In this document: one piece after another, positions 10,074 through 19,526 of the stretch
Numbering within the stretch: the first letter of the stretch is position 1
Layout: every line of letters begins with the position of its first letter
Assembly (NCBI GenBank): GCA_963666205.1
Contig: OY762654.1
Coordinates: 2,240,001-2,304,000, forward strand
Reading direction: 5' to 3'
DNA length: 64,000 nt
Origin: Synergistales bacterium
Lineage (GTDB): Bacteria > Synergistota > Synergistia > Synergistales > JAFGMB01
Program-made: the position numbers and the translations under genes
The notes under the pieces: generated by a model
What the model saw: the letters and a program-made list of their open reading frames with translations, nothing else
Database searches by the model: none
What the model was told of the DNA's origin: nothing

Positions 10074-11140
10074 TCTGTAACCTCATTTTCTCTTTCGAGG
10101 AAGAGCAGATCTGGAGGAGAATAACTTACGTAAACTTCTTTTCCTGCCAGATCCTCCAGGTCACCATTGTTTTTCTGCAGGGTTTCCATATTTAATCCTC
10201 TGGGTGTCGTTATTTTACAATGGACCATTCCCTGTCTGAATAGGGTTTGTTCAAGAACTGCTCTGAAAGCGAATCTGCCTTCAGGGTTGAATTGTGTTAT
10301 TTCGAGTGACTCGGGACGAATAATGAGTTCTCCTTCTCTTTCCCCTTCATTTTTTCCCAGGGAAAGTTCTAATCCTTCCAGTGTGAGAAAGAGTCCCTTT
10401 TCTGTTCTGCCGGATAGTATATTAGGGATTCCCAAAAACCGGGCAGTGTAAAGTCTGGATGGTTTTTCATAAAGGCTTCGAGGTGTTCCTGTTTCGACTA
10501 CATTACCATTTTTCATTATGGACATTCGGTCAAACATCATAAAAGCCTCTTCTCTGTCATGGGTTACAAAAATGATAGTCATACTGTATTTCCTGTGAAT
10601 GTTCAGTACGAGTTCACGCATTTCTTTGCGAAGATTTGGATCAAGTGAGCTGAAGGGTTCATCCATGAGCAGTACCGGGGGATTGGTTACCATTGCTCTT
10701 GCAATAGCAACTCGTTGACGTTGACCGCCGCTTAATTCCGAGGGGAAACGATCTCCAAGATCCTTAAGGCCTACTGATGAAAGCATATCGCGAGCCTGGG
10801 TGATCCTCTTCGATCTTGGGACTCCCTTCATTTTCAGACCGAAGGCTACATTCTTCTCTACATTCATGTAGGGGAAAAGCCTGTCCTGTTGAAAAACCAT
10901 ACCAAGAGATCTTTTTTCTGCCGGTATTCCGGTGATGTCACTTCCATTCTGGAAAAGAGAACCTTCATCCACCGGTAGAAGCCCGGCAAGGATCTTCAGC
11001 AGAGTAGTCTTGCCACACCCGGATTCTCCTATGAGTCCAAAAAATTCCCCGTGTTTTACCCGGAGATCCTGAATACAAAGGTGGAAGTCCATGAAAGGAG
11101 CGTATGATTTCTTTAAATTAAATATTCTTATATCAGCGAT
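10046..11140 (-). CDS. ABC transporter ATP-binding protein (YnjD/PotA-like); possible ATC start at 11140, first ATG at 11092
   Basis: Walker A GESGCGKTT, LSGGQRQR, LLMDEPF, VTHD; the upstream in-frame segment IADIRIFNLKKSY looks like the first ABC beta-strand. Confidence 0.88.
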   Translation of the reverse strand: MADIRIFNLKKSYAPFMDFHLCIQDLRVKHGEFFGLIGESGCGKTTLLKILAGLLPVDEGSLFQNGSDITGIPAEKRSLGMVFQQDRLFPYMNVEKNVAFGLKMKGVPRSKRITQARDMLSSVGLKDLGDRFPSELSGGQRQRVAIARAMVTNPPVLLMDEPFSSLDPNLRKEMRELVLNIHRKYSMTIIFVTHDREEAFMMFDRMSIMKNGNVVETGTPRSLYEKPSRLYTARFLGIPNILSGRTEKGLFLTLEGLELSLGKNEGEREGELIIRPESLEITQFNPEGRFAFRAVLEQTLFRQGMVHCKITTPRGLNMETLQKNNGDLEDLAGKEVYVSYSPPDLLFLERENEVTECSILMPEK

Positions 11141-11142
11141 GA

Positions 11143-11943
11143 TTACATCCTCTTTTCTATGTATAGTCGATTCAGAAATACATCAAGGAGAACCATTAAT
11201 CCTGTGGCTACCAGGGCAAAAAGTATTGAATAGGCTGCTCCTGTACCCTGATCTCCTCCGTTAAGATAAGGAAACATTTTCACAGTAAGGGTGATTACCT
11301 GACCTCCTCCTATCAAAAGGGTTATAACGTACTGGCTCATAGATATCAGAATGGTCAAAGCAGAACCAACAATAATACCGGGAAGCAGGAAAGGGAATAC
11401 GACATGGACAAACCTTCTGATCATTCCTGCCCCAAGTATTTTTGCCTGCTCTTCCCATTCAAAACCCAACCTGGAAAAACTTATTGTTGTTGCCCTGATC
11501 ATATAAGGTAGAGTCGGCAGCATGTGGGCCAGGATAACTCCAGACACTTTTTCTGTCAGTCCCAAACTGATAAATGTTCTGTGGAGCCCCACCAGAATAA
11601 CAATAGGGGGGACCAGTATGGGTAGCATTAATATAATTTCCAGAACACCTTTAAAGGGGAAATTGTATCTGCCAAGGGCGTCTCCAGCGGGGATAGCAAT
11701 TACAGCATTGATTATAGTAACTGCAACCGCTATATAAAGGCTGACTCCTATGGACTGCCAGGTTCCTGAAGCTGTACCCAGAACATATTTCCATGCTCTA
11801 AGTGAGAATTCTGCAGGCAGTATATCAGGCCAGGACCATCCCCCTGAAAAACTCAGTATGAAAAGATAGAGTATGGGGAAGATTCCTGCGATCAGGAAAA
11901 GACCGAATACAATAAAAAGCATGAGCATGAATATCCTTTTCAT
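11143..11943 (-). CDS. ABC transporter permease
   Basis: 6 TM helices; EEQAKILGA (EAA loop). Confidence 0.88.
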   Translation of the reverse strand: MKRIFMLMLFIVFGLFLIAGIFPILYLFILSFSGGWSWPDILPAEFSLRAWKYVLGTASGTWQSIGVSLYIAVAVTIINAVIAIPAGDALGRYNFPFKGVLEIILMLPILVPPIVILVGLHRTFISLGLTEKVSGVILAHMLPTLPYMIRATTISFSRLGFEWEEQAKILGAGMIRRFVHVVFPFLLPGIIVGSALTILISMSQYVITLLIGGGQVITLTVKMFPYLNGGDQGTGAAYSILFALVATGLMVLLDVFLNRLYIEKRM

Positions 11944-12827
11944 TACTTAACGATCCTCTTCAGGGGATGAGTTTTTCTGACGAAGGAGTATAAGAAGCCT
12001 GTCATAAGAATTGTAAGAAGAATAAGTATGTTTATTGCCATAGCTGTAGGCTGACCGGAAAGGTCTCCTCTGCTGTATATTTCATATGAGGATACGGAAA
12101 GGACTTTGGGATAGGTGACTCCAAGAATAGAAGGGACTTCATAGGCTCCAAAGGTATAGGCGAATATGATAAAACAGCCAGTTTCAAGGGGTGTTATCAT
12201 GATGGGAAAGACTATTTCCCTGAAGGTCCTCAAACTGTTAGCACCAAGAACTCTGGCTGTTTCTACCCAGCTATATTCTACTCTCAGTATTACCGGATAA
12301 AGGAGCAGGACCAGAAAAGGACTGGTTTTCCATACATAAGCAATAATGACCCCCCAACCGAAGGATTCGTTTGTCATGACAGGAAAACTGGACATTTCTG
12401 TTATTAATCCCGTTCTGAAGAGCATCCGTGCTATCCATCCGCTCTGTATGAACATGAGAAATATCATGTAGGCTGCAACGATATAGGGAAAAACCATGGG
12501 TATCTGAAACAATCTCTGAATATAGACACTTCTGTCTCTTTTGCAGTTTATTCGGACAAGGAAAAGACAGTATAGGACGAAAATCGCCAGTAAAGCCGAT
12601 AAAAAAGTTGAGATAGATGCTATTCGCAGGGTTATTGAAAAGGATCTCCAAAAATCGAAGGATCCAAGAAGATTCAGGTAATAGGCAAAAGTAAAATACG
12701 GATCTCCTGTCAGGGGGGCTAATCCCAGACTCTGGATAATACCGTAGATTATTCCCCCGAAAAACAGAAAGCCCAGAGATGCAAGGGCCGGTAACAGAAG
12801 AAAAAAAGGTTTATTTTTTCCCGACAT
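11943..12827 (-). CDS. ABC transporter permease
   Basis: ETARVLGA EAA loop, WKTSPF, FGAYEVP; start at MSGKNK overlaps the end of the binding-protein gene. Confidence 0.85.
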   Translation of the reverse strand: MSGKNKPFFLLLPALASLGFLFFGGIIYGIIQSLGLAPLTGDPYFTFAYYLNLLGSFDFWRSFSITLRIASISTFLSALLAIFVLYCLFLVRINCKRDRSVYIQRLFQIPMVFPYIVAAYMIFLMFIQSGWIARMLFRTGLITEMSSFPVMTNESFGWGVIIAYVWKTSPFLVLLLYPVILRVEYSWVETARVLGANSLRTFREIVFPIMITPLETGCFIIFAYTFGAYEVPSILGVTYPKVLSVSSYEIYSRGDLSGQPTAMAINILILLTILMTGFLYSFVRKTHPLKRIVK

Positions 12828-14046
12828 TTTCAAACCATTCTTTTTCCATAGAATCAATATAATCTGATGAAAATTCAGGGACGCCGTAATTTTGTAGTAT
12901 TTGAGGAGCAATTACAGACGGTCCCAGGTCTATGGTTTTCAGAAGTTCCTTCTGGTTTATCGAAATTCTTGAAGTGTCCAGGACCATACCGTCCCCCCAG
13001 ACATCCGGTTTGAATTTTTCTATCTGGGCTTCCGGGGAAAGAAAAAGATCGATCGCAACCATTGCTCCCTCTTTTTTTGTTGAATTGAAGGGTACGGCCA
13101 GGTAGTGGGTATTTGAAAAGGTGCCTCCTTCAAGAACAAAGGTTCTGGAAGAGTCCGGGAAGAGGCCATTATTTATCTGGTTGAGAGCGTGCAGAGGATT
13201 GTAATTCATGGTGATCCATACCTCTCCATTAGCGTATAACTGGTCCAGGACTCCTATCCCATCCGGGTAGGTCGTGCCCTTCCTCCACAAATATGGCTTT
13301 ATTTCATTAAGGAAGTGCCATGCATGTTTGTTGCTATTATCCAGGATACCCTGTTGTTTCTTTTCCTGGTATCCTTTATATCCTCCATACTCTTCCAGGA
13401 GAACATGTCTTACAAAAGAGCTACCGGTAAAGTCCGGAGGGGCAGGGTAGGTGAATCGTCCAGGGTGTTCCCTGACCCATTGTCCCAGTTCCCCTATCGA
13501 TTTAGGAGGGGTCTGGATCTTTTTACTGTCATAAACAAAAATAAACTGGGATTTTCCCCAGGGAGCTTCATACCCGTCAGTCGGATAATTGAAATCAAAG
13601 TTCAGATCCTCTGCCTCCATGTCGAAATATCTGGTGTAATTGGGAAGTTTCCCAGTGAAGGGTCCAAAAAGGAGATTATTTTCCCTTGCAAGTTTGAAAT
13701 TCTCACCATTGATCCAGAGTATGTCAGCGCTTCCATCGAGTTTTTTCATAGTTTTTTCAGTAAGAAGTTTGTTGATTATCTGCCTGATATCCGTTACTGG
13801 TATCCTGCGAATGGTTATGTCATATTTTTTCTTCAGACGGGGTGCTATCCATTTATCTATATAAAGATTGGTGCCGTTATTTCCGCCCCACATATACATG
13901 TTAACGGTCTGGCCATTGCTCTTTTGCAGGATGAAATTCCAACTCTCTTCCAGGAGATCCCCTTTTTCACCGGAAATGGCCCATTTGAGAGGGAATATGC
14001 AAATGGCGATCAAAAACATCAGCATTATAAGTGTTAATTTTCTCAT
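12811..14046 (-). CDS. ABC substrate-binding protein, YnjB-like
   Basis: Signal peptide; YMWGG, WINGENF, PWGKSQF, GRFTYPAPPDFTG motifs. Confidence 0.85.
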   Translation of the reverse strand: MRKLTLIMLMFLIAICIFPLKWAISGEKGDLLEESWNFILQKSNGQTVNMYMWGGNNGTNLYIDKWIAPRLKKKYDITIRRIPVTDIRQIINKLLTEKTMKKLDGSADILWINGENFKLARENNLLFGPFTGKLPNYTRYFDMEAEDLNFDFNYPTDGYEAPWGKSQFIFVYDSKKIQTPPKSIGELGQWVREHPGRFTYPAPPDFTGSSFVRHVLLEEYGGYKGYQEKKQQGILDNSNKHAWHFLNEIKPYLWRKGTTYPDGIGVLDQLYANGEVWITMNYNPLHALNQINNGLFPDSSRTFVLEGGTFSNTHYLAVPFNSTKKEGAMVAIDLFLSPEAQIEKFKPDVWGDGMVLDTSRISINQKELLKTIDLGPSVIAPQILQNYGVPEFSSDYIDSMEKEWFENVGKK

Positions 14047-14269
14047 TTACTATCACCTCCTTTTGTAATGCATGAACAATTTATTGCGATCAGGGTAACG
14101 TTGTATTTTATAAGGATCCTACGTTCTGTTATATAATAAACTAAGAAGTCTTTCAATTACCTGATTAAATAAAAGGGAGATATTTCCTTGCAGACAGGGA
14201 GATGATGTTATTACACAGGAAAAAGCACGGGTAAGTTATGTCCTTCCACTTCTCATAGGGGCGATTTTA

Positions 14270-14878
14270 GTGACAGTGATAATTCTTCTGCGAGTTACCG
14301 GAGGAATCGATAAATTCCAGGATATATGTGCAGATCTGGAATGTCTTGGAGGGTGGGCTCCCCTTGGATTTATCGGTCTTTATATACTTGCTGTAGTATT
14401 AGTTATTCCGGGAAGTGCTCTGACTGCCCTTGCGGGTGTTCTTTTCGGCTCCATCCGGGGGGTCGTATACGTTTCCATTGCATCTACTCTGGGAGCCACC
14501 CTTGCTTTTCTTATAGCCCGCTATCTGGCCAGGGATTTTATTTCAGCAAAATTGTCCAGGAGTGAAGCTTTCATGAAACTGGATGATATGTCCGATAAAT
14601 ATGGAATCTGGATCGTCGCCATAGTAAGACTGGTACCTGTCTTCCCCTTCAATCTGATCAATTACGGTCTTGGCCTTACCCGGGTGAGTCTTTTCAATTA
14701 TGTGTTCTTTTCCTGGCTTTTTATGCTGCCTGGGACTTTTCTTTATGTTGCCGGTGGAGACGCTCTGAAAAGGGCTGTTTCTGAAGGGACCATTCCCTGG
14801 AAACTCGTCCTGCTTGTAGTGCTTACAGGTCTTATCCTTTATTTCCTTGCAATAAACTTTAAAAAAAGGCTTAAATGA
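14270..14878 (+). CDS. TVP38/TMEM64 (SNARE-associated, YdjX/YdjZ-like) membrane protein; may start at ATT 14210
   Basis: IPGS.LT..AG.LFG, FLIARY, RLVPVFPFNLINY..GLT. Confidence 0.88.
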   Translation: MTVIILLRVTGGIDKFQDICADLECLGGWAPLGFIGLYILAVVLVIPGSALTALAGVLFGSIRGVVYVSIASTLGATLAFLIARYLARDFISAKLSRSEAFMKLDDMSDKYGIWIVAIVRLVPVFPFNLINYGLGLTRVSLFNYVFFSWLFMLPGTFLYVAGGDALKRAVSEGTIPWKLVLLVVLTGLILYFLAINFKKRLK

Positions 14879-15670
14879 TCATTTTCTGATGAAAGGCAGT
14901 TTTATAAGCATCAGAAGAGGAAGATTCCCTGTCTGTTTTGAATCGGGCAGCCCCAGAGTCATTTTAAGCTGTCCATTTGAAGAGACAGGAGTGTAATTAC
15001 CAAAAAGCCTGTCCCACCAGGAAAAAGAAAAACCGTAATTACTGTTCATCTCCCTGTTTATAACCGAATGGTGGATTCGGTGCATATCGGGTGTAACTAT
15101 GATCAGTCTTAAAAACCTGTCAATATCTGAAGGGATATATACATTGGAATGGTTGAAGAGAGAAGCTCCGTTCAATATCACCTCGAAAGTCAGAACAGCC
15201 ACAGGAGGACATCCCAGAAGAAGTATCACAATACCCTTCAGAAGGAGGGAAAAGAGTATTTCCATTGGGTGGAATCGGATACCTGACGTTATGTCGAGAT
15301 CCATATCGGTATGATGAACCCCGTGGATTTTTCTGAGAAAATGATGCTTGTGAAAAAGTACATGCTGAAAATATATAGTCAGATCCAGGACCAGAACCGA
15401 GACCAGAAAGGCTATTACAGGAGTATTCCTGATCATATTGAAAAGGCCGGTTTCCCATGTTACAGCTAAAAGAGCAAATCCGGTTGCCCCTAAAGGGGAT
15501 ATAAGCCTTTCCAAGAGAATATTGCTCCCCGCAAGGGTCAGGTTGATCTTCCAGCGGAGAGGCTTCGGGATCGAGAGCTTCCGCTTTGGAAACTTGACTT
15601 CCCAGATGGACATGGAGAGAAAAATTACCAGTGAAAATATTATTCTCGTGTTTCTTGCCAGATCTGACAA
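14879..15670 (-). CDS. Sterol desaturase / fatty-acid hydroxylase family membrane protein
   Basis: His boxes HVLFH, HGVHH, FNHSN, HRIHH; NYG...WWDRLFG; RFHP. Confidence 0.88.
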   Translation of the reverse strand: MSDLARNTRIIFSLVIFLSMSIWEVKFPKRKLSIPKPLRWKINLTLAGSNILLERLISPLGATGFALLAVTWETGLFNMIRNTPVIAFLVSVLVLDLTIYFQHVLFHKHHFLRKIHGVHHTDMDLDITSGIRFHPMEILFSLLLKGIVILLLGCPPVAVLTFEVILNGASLFNHSNVYIPSDIDRFLRLIIVTPDMHRIHHSVINREMNSNYGFSFSWWDRLFGNYTPVSSNGQLKMTLGLPDSKQTGNLPLLMLIKLPFIRK

Positions 15671-15720
15671 TAAGGTCACTCCTTTTCTGTGTTTATTATG
15701 AAAATATCGGACAGGTCTGG

Positions 15721-16515
15721 TCAGTTGGTGTTTATCAGGGTTTCTCTGATCATTTTTTCTGCAAGAGGAAGGGCGAATTCCCGCAAAAACCTTAGTATTG
15801 CATCTTCTGAATAGAGAACGATTCCATCTCTGTCGACATAATTTTTGCTAAGAACACATTCCAGCTGTTCAGAGCCCTCTTCCCAGCTGTTTCCCAGTAT
15901 TTCTATAACTTGATCTCCGGAATACACATTACGAAGGGGAAGAAACAGTTCTACATCAAACTTTGCAGCAAGTTCGATATATGCATCAAGGGCAATGCCG
16001 AGCTGATTGATCTTGATCCTTCCATCGTGGCTCTCTCTTTCTCCTGCTATTATGGTATTACAATTGAGAATTTTTGCCAGAGGTATCCTGATGCCATGGA
16101 AATAAAGGTGACATCCGATACAGGGTGTGTAGAAACCAAAGTCCCTGACAAGGGAGTAATTATGTCGTCCGCATAGCTGCCACCAGATACTGGGTGAACC
16201 CAGGAAGACCGGGTCAAAGATGTGAATATTCTTCATGGCTGGTGCTTCGCGAAGAAGTTCTACGGCTCTAAAGGGGGTATCCCAGTTGCCATACTCGGTT
16301 CCAGTGTAGGCTATGGTCGGAAGAATATCCTCAAGGTCAAGACTCCCTGAAGCTTCGATCACTGCTGCCACGCTGTCCCTGCCTGCTATTTCTGCAATAG
16401 CAATATGGCGACTTTTCAGGCATTTTTCAATTGTTTCTGAAGGTAACATCCATTCCGGAAAAGAGTGTATCATTTCAGGTTTACCAGCAAGAATACTCAG
16501 GAGTTCAGTCCTCAT
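15721..16515 (-). CDS. Uncharacterised protein with a degenerate PP-loop (adenine nucleotide alpha-hydrolase-like) and CxxC
   Basis: AIAEIAGRDSVAA, TGTEYG, PCIGCH, IAGERESHDG, QLECVL; strong SD; overlaps the upstream gene. Confidence 0.6.
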   Translation of the reverse strand: MRTELLSILAGKPEMIHSFPEWMLPSETIEKCLKSRHIAIAEIAGRDSVAAVIEASGSLDLEDILPTIAYTGTEYGNWDTPFRAVELLREAPAMKNIHIFDPVFLGSPSIWWQLCGRHNYSLVRDFGFYTPCIGCHLYFHGIRIPLAKILNCNTIIAGERESHDGRIKINQLGIALDAYIELAAKFDVELFLPLRNVYSGDQVIEILGNSWEEGSEQLECVLSKNYVDRDGIVLYSEDAILRFLREFALPLAEKMIRETLINTN

Positions 16516-17818
16516 ATAAATTCCTCCTCAGCGAAGTATATCTTCCTGGAGAGTAGGGCTGGTCCGATGGACTGTCCATGAGACCAGCGAGTTTACCCCT
16601 GTCCATGAGATTAAGGATCATATACATTATTTCCTTTCCTCTGAGTAGTCCGAGGCAGCCTCTGGAACAGGAGACTTCGTCAAAGGCTGATACACTGTCT
16701 TTTCGAGTGTACTTTCCTTTCATTACTATGGGAACTGTTTCACCTGAATGGATCATGGTCCCCACACTTGCTGTCGAATGGTCTGAAGTGACAATAAAAA
16801 GGATTTTCTCATCGGGTATTATTTCCTCTAAAACAAATTTGAATGCTTTATCAAGATCCGCTATTGTTCTCTGTTTCAATAAGGGGTCTCTTTTATGGGC
16901 GGCTTCATCCGGGGCCTTTGAATGCACATAGATAAAATCATGATCTTCAGATCCTTTAGCCAGCTTGAGCCTTTCAAGGAGATCTTCGCAAGCATTTCCG
17001 CTATCCTTTGCTTTTATTATGTTCATTCCAAGTATGGAACATAAGCCATGATAAATAGCGCCAGAAGCGATACAAAGAGATCTGAGACCCCATTTTTCTT
17101 CAAAGGGAATGATCTCTCCCAGCTTTCCAGGTCTTTGCAGACCTACTATGTTTACAGCAGGGAGACCTTTTTTCTGTCTTGAGATATTAACAGGGTGTCT
17201 GGAGAGGGTATGGAAACTCCACAAGGTATAGGAATTAACGGCATCAGCTGTTTTTTGTGCAAGTTCCCGGTTGTCAGCATCTTCCCTGGGAAGTACCTTC
17301 ATAATTGGTCTTCCCTCGAAGATGGGATTGGAATCAGTTATCTCATGGGAAGCTCTGCCCTTAAGAAGCAGTATCCCCCCGATACCTCCTGTGGGATGAA
17401 AGGAAAAGTCTATGCCATTGAAGGAGTAGCGAGAGATACTTTCCTGAAGGAGAAGACATTCTTCCCGGTCAAGTTCCATCTTCTCCTTATGAAGAATAAA
17501 GGATTCATCCTGTTCCCTTACCGAAAAGGTTCGTGCAAGTATAGCCACGTCGTCTTCATCCAGAGGAAGGCCTTCTCCTACAGCTTCAATTACCCCTCTA
17601 CCCGGGAACTGGTCCATATCATAACCGAAGATGCTGAAGTGTGCCATTTCACTCGGCATCGCTATTCCCTGCAGAGTACTGTGATACATGCCATTAGCAC
17701 CAAAGGCACTAATGGCATCAAGGTTGGGTGTATGGGCCGCCTGTAGAGGAGTAAGTCCATTCAGTTCTTTTATTCCTTTGTCGCCGAGTCCGTCCAGAAC
17801 AAGTAATATACATCTCAT
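16505..17818 (-). CDS. ApgM-like cofactor-independent phosphoglycerate mutase family metalloenzyme
   Basis: LDGLGD, TPLQAA.TPNLD, PSE.AH..IFGY, GRG..EA.G, H.KAPDEAAH, TSDHST, HS...VP. Confidence 0.85.
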   Translation of the reverse strand: MRCILLVLDGLGDKGIKELNGLTPLQAAHTPNLDAISAFGANGMYHSTLQGIAMPSEMAHFSIFGYDMDQFPGRGVIEAVGEGLPLDEDDVAILARTFSVREQDESFILHKEKMELDREECLLLQESISRYSFNGIDFSFHPTGGIGGILLLKGRASHEITDSNPIFEGRPIMKVLPREDADNRELAQKTADAVNSYTLWSFHTLSRHPVNISRQKKGLPAVNIVGLQRPGKLGEIIPFEEKWGLRSLCIASGAIYHGLCSILGMNIIKAKDSGNACEDLLERLKLAKGSEDHDFIYVHSKAPDEAAHKRDPLLKQRTIADLDKAFKFVLEEIIPDEKILFIVTSDHSTASVGTMIHSGETVPIVMKGKYTRKDSVSAFDEVSCSRGCLGLLRGKEIMYMILNLMDRGKLAGLMDSPSDQPYSPGRYTSLRRNLYED

Positions 17819-17910
17819 AACAGGATTGTATGATAATATTTCCCCTTTTTAAAGGGGTTAGCCTGATATGGGAAAAGGGGAGGGAAATTACAGTTATAGT
17901 TTCAGTCAGT

Positions 17911-18594
17911 TTAAACCTGTGGCTGCAGGTCCATTGTTCTGTATGGAGTTGCTGGTCGAAGATAAACAGGGTTGGCAGACACATGTGTAAATTCGGTTCC
18001 GTAACGGGCAACAGGAGATGTCCTGCCGGATTTTATGGATCGGATGAAATCATTAACGGAAGTTATTTCATCCATGAAGAAAGTGGCATATCGTCCCACT
18101 TCTTCAATAGTATGAGCGTCACTGCCGCCAAGAGAGGGAAGGCCCATTTCTGCAGCCAGAGAATAGGCCATACTGTTATGGATCGATCTGGTTCTGCCGT
18201 TCATTACCTCAATAGCAGATAATCCCGGAGTATTGATTATGTTGTTGCCCATTCCACGGCCGTTATCCCTGAAGGGATGAGCGCTTACTGTAATTCCTCC
18301 CTGTTCTGAAACTCTACGGATGAGTTCCCTGGCTTTCACATTACGGAAGGGGATATCACTGGTACCAAAAACAATAATGTCACCAAGGTCTGTTAAAATC
18401 TCCACGCCGGGAATTACCAGTAGTCCATATTGGCGGGTAAGATCATCAGCCAGATCGAGTATTCCCATAGATTCATGGTCTGTTATGCATATCCCGTCAA
18501 GACCTGTCTCTCTGGCCTTTAAAACTGCACTTTCGACAGGGAGGGAACTGTCCCTGGAAAATTCGGATGTATGAATATGAGTATCTATTATCAT
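17911..18594 (-). CDS. PHP domain metallophosphoesterase
   Basis: DTHIHT..S.DS, ITDH, GVE, AHPFR, GGSDAH. Confidence 0.9.
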   Translation of the reverse strand: MIIDTHIHTSEFSRDSSLPVESAVLKARETGLDGICITDHESMGILDLADDLTRQYGLLVIPGVEILTDLGDIIVFGTSDIPFRNVKARELIRRVSEQGGITVSAHPFRDNGRGMGNNIINTPGLSAIEVMNGRTRSIHNSMAYSLAAEMGLPSLGGSDAHTIEEVGRYATFFMDEITSVNDFIRSIKSGRTSPVARYGTEFTHVSANPVYLRPATPYRTMDLQPQV

Positions 18595-18638
18595 TAACTT
18601 ATTTCTCCGTATGGTTATATATATTATAACTATACGGA

Positions 18639-18667
18639 ATTATACTTTAGCTGAAGGGAAATTGCAA
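18639..18667 (-). promoter_or_regulatory. Sigma70 promoter for the PHP gene
   Basis: TTGCAA-17 nt-TATAAT on the minus strand. Confidence 0.7.
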
Positions 18668-18844
18668 ATAACCCCTAGGGGGGATATCAGTTCCATGAAA
18701 CCTTGTATTTTACAGATAATGTAATAAAAGGTACTTTCAGTAACTGTAAATCGTTGACTTGACTTGTTGAAAGTACTATTATCTATAGTAATACAATAGA
18801 AACGATACACTATTGTAGCATGATAAACAAGGGGGAGAGTGTGT

Positions 18845-19132
18845 ATGGCACTGAAATGGAAGGACGATCTCACTGAGCAGCTTGCGCAGGCAGTTCTAAA
18901 ACTTGAAAATGTGGATGAAGTTTATTCTTTCCTTGAAGATGTAGCTACAATAGGGGAAATCAGGGCGCTTGCCCAGAGACTGGAAGTCGCCCGTCTTCTT
19001 GATGAAGGATATACCTATCCTCAGATAGCTCAGCAGACTGGTGCCAGCACTGCCACCATAAGCAGAGTAAAAAAGTTCCTTGAATACGGGGCAGACGGTT
19101 ACAGGGTTGTTCTCGAAAGACTCAAGAAATAA
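18845..19132 (+). CDS. YerC/YecD (TrpR-like) regulator
   Basis: FLEDVAT..E..ALAQRLEVA, TGASTATISRV...L.YG..GY. Confidence 0.9.
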   Translation: MALKWKDDLTEQLAQAVLKLENVDEVYSFLEDVATIGEIRALAQRLEVARLLDEGYTYPQIAQQTGASTATISRVKKFLEYGADGYRVVLERLKK

Positions 19133-19166
19133 TTACTTTTGTTTAGAAAATCTGTGATATAGGAGC

Positions 19167-19204
19167 TAAAAAGCGCCATCACGTTCTTGGTGATGGCGCT
19201 TTTA
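19167..19204 (+). terminator. Intrinsic terminator
   Basis: TAAAAAGCGCCATCAC / GTGATGGCGCTTTTTA. Confidence 0.8.
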
Positions 19205-19337
19205 TCTTTGAATAATTCAGAAAAACTGCTGGAAATCCTTTTCCTGTCATCCAAAGAAGAGGAAATAAAAAATATTGTATATTTCCGTACTTGTTTCTAC
19301 AGGAAAGAGATGTTAATATCCAGCTGGACTATCATAA

Positions 19338-19433
19338 GGCATCCGAGCCCGAAGGCCTAAGGGGTAACCTATGGCTAAGGGACGTCGGGTACTGGCGGAA
19401 ACGACAGTGCCTCCCGTGATTGGAAAGGATTCC
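19338..19433 (+). ncRNA. Moco/Tuco (molybdenum/tungsten cofactor) riboswitch
   Basis: TCCGAGC, CCTAAG...TATGG, GAAA-loop P4, GCCTCCCGT..TTGGAAAGGA signature; upstream of a tungstate ABC operon. Confidence 0.88.
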
Positions 19434-19526
19434 ATTGTCCATCCTACCAGGATTGGAATATTTCCATGAACTAAAGGTTCGCATTATGACTTCCAAAACT
19501 ATTTATCCCTATTGGAGGTTTCACGT

